61,726 nucleotides of DNA, from IMG/VR virus record IMGVR_UViG_3300005611_000023, positions 1 through 61,726 of that record; one strand, written 5' to 3'. Each line of letters begins with the position of its first letter. Within the stretch, counting starts at the first letter, position 1. The notes under the pieces were generated by a model. It saw only the letters and a list, made by a program, of their open reading frames with translations. It was not told the DNA's origin and did not search any database. Source of the stretch: a virus (taxonomy: Duplodnaviria; Caudoviricetes). Position numbers and translations under genes: made by a program. This document shows, piece by piece, positions 55,719-61,726 of the stretch.

Positions 55719-57237
55719 TATCTTAGAAAATATATCGCTGAAGGATATTCCGAATATTCTGCCCGCGCTGTCGCCCGGGGAGCAGGAGAAGCTGTTAGCT
55801 GAGCTAGAGCACCTGCAGTCGCTCAAAACCAGAAAGTTAGCGCAAGAGAGGTTCCTTGCGTTTGTGAAAGAAGCGTGGCCGACGTTCATCGCAGGGCGTC
55901 ACCATGCAAAGATGGCCGAAGCGTTCGAGCGCGTAGCACGCGGAGAATGCAAGCGGTTGATAATTAACATGCCTCCACGGCATACAAAGTCAGAGTTCGC
56001 CTCCTATCTTCTGCCCGCTTGGTTCTTGGGTAAGTTTCCACATAAGAAGATCATTCAGACCTCGCACACAGCCGAGCTTGCGGTCGGGTTCGGTCGTAAA
56101 GTGCGTAACTTGGTCGATCAGGAGGTCTACACCAAAATATTTCCCGGTGTAGGGTTGCAGCAAGACTCCAAAGCAGCCGGACGATGGGCTACCAACAAGG
56201 GTGGCGACTACTTCGCCATCGGTGTCGGCGGTGCGGTGACTGGTAAGGGTGCAGATCTGTTGATTATTGACGACCCTCACTCGGAGCAGGAAGCCGCATT
56301 GGCTGAAGTAAACCCGGAAATCTACGATAAGACCTACGAGTGGTACACATCTGGTCCTCGTCAGCGTCTCCAGCCGGGTGGAGCCATCGTTGTGGTCATG
56401 ACACGGTGGTCCAAGAAGGACTTGACGGCTCGTGTGCTCAAGGCAGAGGCCGAAAGGGGCGGTGATGACTGGGAAGTGATCGAGTTTCCGGCGATTTTGC
56501 CCTCTGAACAGCCGCTGTGGCCAGAGTTTTGGTCCGAAACGGAGTTAAAAGCCCTCCGAGAGGAGCTACCCTTTCCAAAATGGATGGCTCAGTACCAGCA
56601 GAACCCGACATCTGACTCTACGGCGATCATTAAGCGTGATTGGTGGCAGATTTGGGACTCTGACAACCCCCCACCTTGTGATTTTGTGCTGATGGCATGG
56701 GATACGGCCTTTGAAAAGTCAAATCGTGCTGACTATTCGGCGTTAACCACGTGGGGTGTGTTCTATCAGGACGACGACACGGGTGTGGCACAGGCAAATA
56801 TCATTTTATTGAACGCGTTCAGAGAGCGGATGGAGTTTCCGAGGCTGAAACAGGTCGCTCTGGAGCAATATAACGACTGGGAGCCGGACTCGATCATCAT
56901 CGAGAAGAAGGCTTCTGGTGCGCCACTCATCTATGAGATGCGGGCGATGGGTATCCCAGTGCAGGAGTTCACTCCTACAAAAGGGAACGACAAGATTACC
57001 CGACTAAATGCGGTTGCGGACATTTTTGCCAGTGGCAGAGTATGGGCACCCAACACACACTGGGCTGAGGAAGTCATTGAAGAAGTTGCAAGTTTTCCTT
57101 CGGGAGATCACGATGACTACGTTGACTCTACGTCGCTAGCCCTAATGCGGTTCCGGAAAGGTGGGTATATTCGGACACTGCTAGACGAAGAAGACGAACT
57201 ACCCGCATTTAGACGACCGCAAGCAGCGTATTATTGA
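55699..57237 (+). CDS. terL: Terminase large subunit
   Basis: INMPPRHTKS Walker A, LLIIDD Walker B, AQYQQNP, WDTA, HDDYVD nuclease. Confidence 0.95.
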   Translation: MAAKASDILENISLKDIPNILPALSPGEQEKLLAELEHLQSLKTRKLAQERFLAFVKEAWPTFIAGRHHAKMAEAFERVARGECKRLIINMPPRHTKSEFASYLLPAWFLGKFPHKKIIQTSHTAELAVGFGRKVRNLVDQEVYTKIFPGVGLQQDSKAAGRWATNKGGDYFAIGVGGAVTGKGADLLIIDDPHSEQEAALAEVNPEIYDKTYEWYTSGPRQRLQPGGAIVVVMTRWSKKDLTARVLKAEAERGGDDWEVIEFPAILPSEQPLWPEFWSETELKALREELPFPKWMAQYQQNPTSDSTAIIKRDWWQIWDSDNPPPCDFVLMAWDTAFEKSNRADYSALTTWGVFYQDDDTGVAQANIILLNAFRERMEFPRLKQVALEQYNDWEPDSIIIEKKASGAPLIYEMRAMGIPVQEFTPTKGNDKITRLNAVADIFASGRVWAPNTHWAEEVIEEVASFPSGDHDDYVDSTSLALMRFRKGGYIRTLLDEEDELPAFRRPQAAYY

Positions 57238-57247
57238 GGATTGAGCA

Positions 57248-59740
57248 ATGGCAATTGACAAGGCAGTGAACCAAGCCCCTATGGGGATTGATGAAATGAT
57301 GGCGCAGGCCGCCAACATGGAGCCAGATATTGAGATCGAAATTGAAGACCCAGAAGAAGTTACCATCAACGTCGGAGGAATGGAGATTGTTCTCGACCCG
57401 GACGATATGTCCGACGACGAAGACTTCGGGGCCAACCTCGCCGAGGAGATGGACGAGGAACAACTCGCCACACTCGTTGGTGAACTGGTTGAAGACTTTG
57501 AAGAAGACGCTAACTCGCGTCGTGACTGGATGCAGACTTATGTAGACGGCCTTGAGCTGCTGGGCATGAAGATCGAAGATCGTACAGAACCGTGGCCCGG
57601 TGCTTGTGGTGTTTACCACCCCCTCCTGTCTGAAGCTCTTGTTAAGTTTCAGTCTGAAACGATGATGGAAACCTTCCCGGCACAGGGGCCGGTCAAGACG
57701 AAAGTCATTGGTAAGGAAACCCCAGAGAAGTTGGAAGTCTCTCGGCGCGTCAAGGATGACATGAATTATCAACTAACAGAGAGGATGGTTGAGTATCGTC
57801 CAGAGCATGAGCGCATGCTGTGGGGTCTCGGTCTCTCTGGTAACGCCTTCAAGAAGGTGTATTTCGATCCGGGTATGCAACGTCAGGTTGCTATTTATAT
57901 ACCTGCCGAAGATGTAGTAGTGCCCTACGGCGCGTCTAATATCGAGACGGCTGAGCGTGTCACTCATGTCATGCGGAAAACCGCTAATGAAATCAAGAAG
58001 TTACAGGTTGCTGGCTTTTACCGTGACGTAGAGCTGGAAGAACCGGGCGATACATTAGATGATATCGAGAAGTCGATTGCAGAGAAGATGGGCTTCAGTG
58101 CGACTTCTGATGACCGTCATAAAATTCTCGAAATGCACGTTGACCTCGATCTGCCGGGTTACGAGGATGAGGATGAAGACGGGAATCCTACAGGTATTGC
58201 GTTACCGTACGTGGTTACTATTGAGAAGAACTCGGAAGAGATTCTTGCGATTCGTCGCAACTGGAACCAAGACGATAAAGCACAGCAGAAGCGCAACCAT
58301 TTTGTTCATTATAGTTATGTACCCGGTTTTGGCTTCTATGCTTTCGGTCTTATTCATCTTGTTGGTGCTTTCGCTAAGTCAGGTACGTCCATCATCCGAC
58401 AGCTCGTTGATGCGGGCACCCTCTCCAACCTACCCGGAGGGTTCAAAACCAAAGGACTACGGGTCAAGGGAGACGACACGCCCATATCCCCAGCGGAGTT
58501 TCGTGATGTAGACGTTGCCTCGGGCACAATCCGCGACAACATCATGACGCTACCTTATAAGGAGCCTTCACAGGTTCTGGCCAGCTTGCTAGGTACAATC
58601 GTTGAAGAAGGTCGCCGGTTCGCTTCCGCGGCGGATATGAAGATCTCTGACATGTCAGGGCAGGCGCCTGTTGGTACCACTTTGGCAATCTTGGAGCGTA
58701 CGCTCAAGATCATGTCTGCCGTTCAGGCACGCATCCACTACTCAATGAAACAGGAGCTTAAACTCCTGAAGGGCATCATCCGTGACTATGCAGATGATGA
58801 ATATAGCTATGAGCCTAGCACTGGCGAGCCTATGGACCGTGGCCGTGACTACGATCAGGTCGAAGTTATCCCTGTTTCTGACCCGAACGCGGCGACAATG
58901 GCGCAAAAGGTCGTTCAGTACCAAGCAGTGTTGCAAATGGCGCAGTCTGCACCCCAGCTTTATGACATGCCGTACTTACACCGGCAGATGTTAGAAGTTT
59001 TAGGAATAAAGAACGCTGAAAAACTGGTTCCAATGGAAGATGACCAGAAGCCGACCGATCCTGTCACAGAAAATATGAATCTACTGCAAGGTAAGCCGGT
59101 TAAGGCGTTCTTGTATCAGGATCACGAGGCGCATATTGCTGTCCACATGGCCGCAGCCCAAGATCCGAAGATGATGGGTATGTTGCAGCAAAGCCCGATG
59201 GCCAAAACCATTGGCGCGGCTTTCCAAGAGCATTTGGCAGAGCATTTGGCGATGGCGTATCGCAAGCAGATCGAAGACGCTGCTGGCGTTCCTTACCCAA
59301 CACCAGACGACAAGATGGACGAAGCGACAGAGCTGGAGATCTCTCGTTTGGCGGCTGCCGCAGCACAACAGGTGCTCGGTCAGAACCAAGCGGAACAGGC
59401 TCAGAAGCAGGCTCAACAAGCCCAGCAAGATCCGATTGTCCAAATGCAGCAAGCCGAACTGCAGATCAAGCAGGCAGAGGCTCAGCTCAAAGCCCAGAAG
59501 ATGCAGGTCGAAGCCGCCGAAAAGGCCGACCGGTTGGAGCTGGAAAGAGAACGTATCGCATCGCAAGAGCGCGTTGCAGGTATGCAAGTCGGAGCGAAGA
59601 TCGCTTCCGAGAAAGGCAAGTTATCTGCCCAACAGCAGAAAGATGGGTTGGAGATGGGTATCGAAATTGCCCGTGAAGCAGCCCAAGAAGACCGCGCTAT
59701 GCGGCAACAACAAACTCAGCAACCTCAAGGTGAAGAATGA
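57248..59740 (+). CDS. Portal protein
   Basis: 830 aa after terL; FKKVYFD, PVGTT motifs; long Q-rich coiled-coil C-terminus (P22-like barrel). Confidence 0.85.
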   Translation: MAIDKAVNQAPMGIDEMMAQAANMEPDIEIEIEDPEEVTINVGGMEIVLDPDDMSDDEDFGANLAEEMDEEQLATLVGELVEDFEEDANSRRDWMQTYVDGLELLGMKIEDRTEPWPGACGVYHPLLSEALVKFQSETMMETFPAQGPVKTKVIGKETPEKLEVSRRVKDDMNYQLTERMVEYRPEHERMLWGLGLSGNAFKKVYFDPGMQRQVAIYIPAEDVVVPYGASNIETAERVTHVMRKTANEIKKLQVAGFYRDVELEEPGDTLDDIEKSIAEKMGFSATSDDRHKILEMHVDLDLPGYEDEDEDGNPTGIALPYVVTIEKNSEEILAIRRNWNQDDKAQQKRNHFVHYSYVPGFGFYAFGLIHLVGAFAKSGTSIIRQLVDAGTLSNLPGGFKTKGLRVKGDDTPISPAEFRDVDVASGTIRDNIMTLPYKEPSQVLASLLGTIVEEGRRFASAADMKISDMSGQAPVGTTLAILERTLKIMSAVQARIHYSMKQELKLLKGIIRDYADDEYSYEPSTGEPMDRGRDYDQVEVIPVSDPNAATMAQKVVQYQAVLQMAQSAPQLYDMPYLHRQMLEVLGIKNAEKLVPMEDDQKPTDPVTENMNLLQGKPVKAFLYQDHEAHIAVHMAAAQDPKMMGMLQQSPMAKTIGAAFQEHLAEHLAMAYRKQIEDAAGVPYPTPDDKMDEATELEISRLAAAAAQQVLGQNQAEQAQKQAQQAQQDPIVQMQQAELQIKQAEAQLKAQKMQVEAAEKADRLELERERIASQERVAGMQVGAKIASEKGKLSAQQQKDGLEMGIEIAREAAQEDRAMRQQQTQQPQGEE

Positions 59741-59934
59741 GTACAGACCTACTGAAGTACCTCGCTGACAAAATCAACGAGGAGAGAGAAGTTATTGTGG
59801 AAGATCTTGCAGCCGGTAAGGCTCCCGATCATGCCCAATATAAGCACGCCACTGGCGTAATTCGCGGTCTTATGATCGCAAACAACATCGTGCGAGAAAC
59901 AGCACAACGTATGGAGAACCAAGACGATGACTGA
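59737..59934 (+). CDS. Small conserved head-module protein
   Basis: 65 aa; Y...GVIRGL motif. Confidence 0.7.
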   Translation: MSTDLLKYLADKINEEREVIVEDLAAGKAPDHAQYKHATGVIRGLMIANNIVRETAQRMENQDDD

Positions 59935-60340
59935 AATCCTAGTCGGCACAAACCCCGATAACCCGGATGAAGCAACAGAGCTGCCGGATACGGCGGAAAA
60001 GAAGGCAAAACAACTGCCAGATCCTTCTGGGTACCGCATCTTATGTGCGATTCCAGAGCAGGAAACTACGTTTGGCGACAGTGGCTTAATTAAGTCCGCT
60101 GAGACCCTACACAACGAGGAGCTACTCACTACTACCTTATTTGTAATGAAGCTCGGTCCTGATTGTTATAAGGACGAAACACGGTTCCCATCGGGGGCTT
60201 GGTGTGCAGAGGGGGACTTTATTCTTGTCCGTCCACACGCCGGTACACGTGTGAAGATCCACGGTCGTGAGTTCCGAATCATTAACGATGATGCGGTCGA
60301 AGCGGTGGTTGAAGATCCACGTGGAATATCCAGAGCCTAA
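59927..60340 (+). CDS. groES: Co-chaperonin GroES-like protein
   Basis: PSGYRIL, SGLI, LGPDCY, GDFIL, FRIINDD..AVV. Confidence 0.8.
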   Translation: MTEILVGTNPDNPDEATELPDTAEKKAKQLPDPSGYRILCAIPEQETTFGDSGLIKSAETLHNEELLTTTLFVMKLGPDCYKDETRFPSGAWCAEGDFILVRPHAGTRVKIHGREFRIINDDAVEAVVEDPRGISRA

Positions 60341-60351
60341 AGGAGGCACAA

Positions 60352-61335
60352 ATGAACGCAGAAGCACAGAAAGCCGATACTGAAGAAGAGTTCGATTTTG
60401 AAATCGAAGAGGAGCAGGAGGTCGCTGAACAGGAACAACCTGAGAAGGACGAGCCTGAGTTAGAGATTGAAGATGACACACCGGAAGAAGACCGTGGCCA
60501 TTCGCCAATGCCTAAGGAGATTGTCGAAGAGCTTGAAGCAGACGAGCTGGAGGACTACTCCGACAAGGTGAAGCAGCGCCTGAAGCAGATGAAGAAGGTG
60601 TGGCATGACGAGCGCCGTGAGAAAGAGAAGGCGTTTCGTGAGCAGCAGGAAGCTATCCGGCTAGCTCAAAAGGCTATGGAGGAGAATAAGCGCCTCAAAG
60701 CCAGTTTATCAAAGGGCGAGGAGACGCTAGTAAGTACGTACAAACAAGCGGCTGAACTCGAAATGAAGAACGCTGAGCGTGCTTATAAAGAAGCACACGA
60801 GCTTGGCGATACTGACCAGATGCTAGAAGCACAGCGACAGCTCACTGCGGCTAGTTACAAACTTCAGCAAGCTCAAACATTTAGACCAAGTTCTTTACAA
60901 CAGAGTGAGGTTGATGTACAAACTGAAGCAAATGAAGTTCAGGTACCTGCCCCTGACGCCAAAACACTTGCGTGGCAAGAGCGCAATACATGGTTCGGGC
61001 AGGACCAAGAGATGACTGCTCTCGCACTCGGCTTACACCAAAAGCTAGAACGAGAGAACGGTGCTCAGTTTATTGGCACCGATGATTACTGGCGGACCGT
61101 TGACAGCACAATGCGACGCCGGTTCCCGGATTACTTCGGGGAAGATGAAACGACTGACGGGGGCGGCAAGCCCGTCAAGAGCGCAGAGAAGAAGCCCGCC
61201 ACGGTAGTTGCTCCGGCATCCCGTAGCAGGTCTCCAAAAAAGATCGTGCTAAAGAGATCGCAAGTTGAAATTGCGAGAAAACTGGGATTGACCCCTGAGC
61301 AATATGCTCGGGAACTGAAGAAGATGGGGAACTAA
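60352..61335 (+). CDS. Probable capsid scaffolding protein
   Basis: Acidic N-terminus, long coiled coil, W..RN.WFG, C-terminal IARKLGLTPEQYA. Confidence 0.65.
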   Translation: MNAEAQKADTEEEFDFEIEEEQEVAEQEQPEKDEPELEIEDDTPEEDRGHSPMPKEIVEELEADELEDYSDKVKQRLKQMKKVWHDERREKEKAFREQQEAIRLAQKAMEENKRLKASLSKGEETLVSTYKQAAELEMKNAERAYKEAHELGDTDQMLEAQRQLTAASYKLQQAQTFRPSSLQQSEVDVQTEANEVQVPAPDAKTLAWQERNTWFGQDQEMTALALGLHQKLERENGAQFIGTDDYWRTVDSTMRRRFPDYFGEDETTDGGGKPVKSAEKKPATVVAPASRSRSPKKIVLKRSQVEIARKLGLTPEQYARELKKMGN

Positions 61336-61337
61336 TC

Positions 61338-61726
61338 ATGGCTACACAAGAGAAAGCTGCTTCTAACAACAGACTTGCACGCGAACTGGAAACAAGAGCT
61401 ACATCGGAACGTCCGAAGGCATGGCAACCTGCCTCTGTATTACCAGAGCCAGATAAGCAGCCGGGTTATGCGTATCGTTGGGTTCGGGTGTCTCAGATGA
61501 ATCAGGCCGACCCGCGCAATATTTCATCCAAAATGCGCCAAGGTTGGGAGCCGGTTCGGATTGAGGAACAGCCCCAGTTCAAAATGTTCGTGGACCCAGA
61601 CAGTCGTTATAAAGACAACGTCGAAGTTCAAGGACTGTTGCTTTGCAAAATACCGGAAGAGTTTATTCAGCAGCGTAATGACTATTACTTAAAGCAGAAT
61701 CAAGCTCAGATGGAGTCTGTAGACAA
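61338..61726 (+). CDS. 5' part of junction-spanning head-module protein
   Basis: MATQEKAASNNRLARELE...YRWVR...GWEPV...GLLLCKIPEE; continues at base 1. Confidence 0.85.
   Translation, partial: MATQEKAASNNRLARELETRATSERPKAWQPASVLPEPDKQPGYAYRWVRVSQMNQADPRNISSKMRQGWEPVRIEEQPQFKMFVDPDSRYKDNVEVQGLLLCKIPEEFIQQRNDYYLKQNQAQMESVD
61650..61726. repeat. Terminal direct repeat (assembly overlap), right copy
   Basis: Identical to bases 1-77. Confidence 0.95.

Noticed and set aside
61650-61726. 77-bp terminal repeat as the biological DTR
   Set aside because: Length equals a standard k-mer and it falls mid-gene; it shows circular assembly only
1-61726. tRNA genes, integrase/att site, alternative genetic code
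   Set aside because: No cloverleaf or recombinase motifs noticed by eye; genes tile densely under the standard code with all three stops used

Overview
Complete, circularly assembled genome of a tailed dsDNA phage (Caudoviricetes). Bases 1-77 equal bases 61650-61726 (an assembler k=77 overlap), giving a unit genome of about 61,649 bp. The + strand arm (55.1 kb through the junction to 31.9 kb) is morphogenesis and lysis: terS, terL, portal, GroES, scaffold, major capsid, small basic peptides, adaptors, two tail fibres, a duplicated Gly-rich module, holin/lysozyme, and podovirus-type ejection proteins including a 2279-aa HExxH protein. The - strand arm (54.6 to 32.0 kb) is early genes and replication: two paralogous first-early genes, an AAA+/vWA-metallopeptidase pair, VRR-NUC, family A DNA polymerase (Leu762 type), a methyltransferase/glycosyltransferase/2OG-oxygenase cluster, Cas4-like nuclease, SNF2 helicase, SSB and primase-helicase. 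Sigma70 promoters and IHF consensus sites suggest a proteobacterial host (inference). I saw no integrase, tRNA or CRISPR array. The most unusual signals are non-coding: (i) 12 copies of a 13-bp palindrome GTTACAWTGTAAC confined to 44.8-54.8 kb that resembles the MatP site matS, plus four overlapping KOPS-like GGGTAGGG octamers at the likely genome end; (ii) a candidate anti-Shine-Dalgarno sRNA at 31.9 kb complementary to the 5' leader of the SSB/primase operon and to several early RBSs; (iii) a double-pseudoknot RNA after the capsid gene; (iv) a co-oriented bipartite 25-bp repeat; (v) a nested-inverted-repeat origin candidate. All family assignments come from motif recognition by eye, not from database searches.
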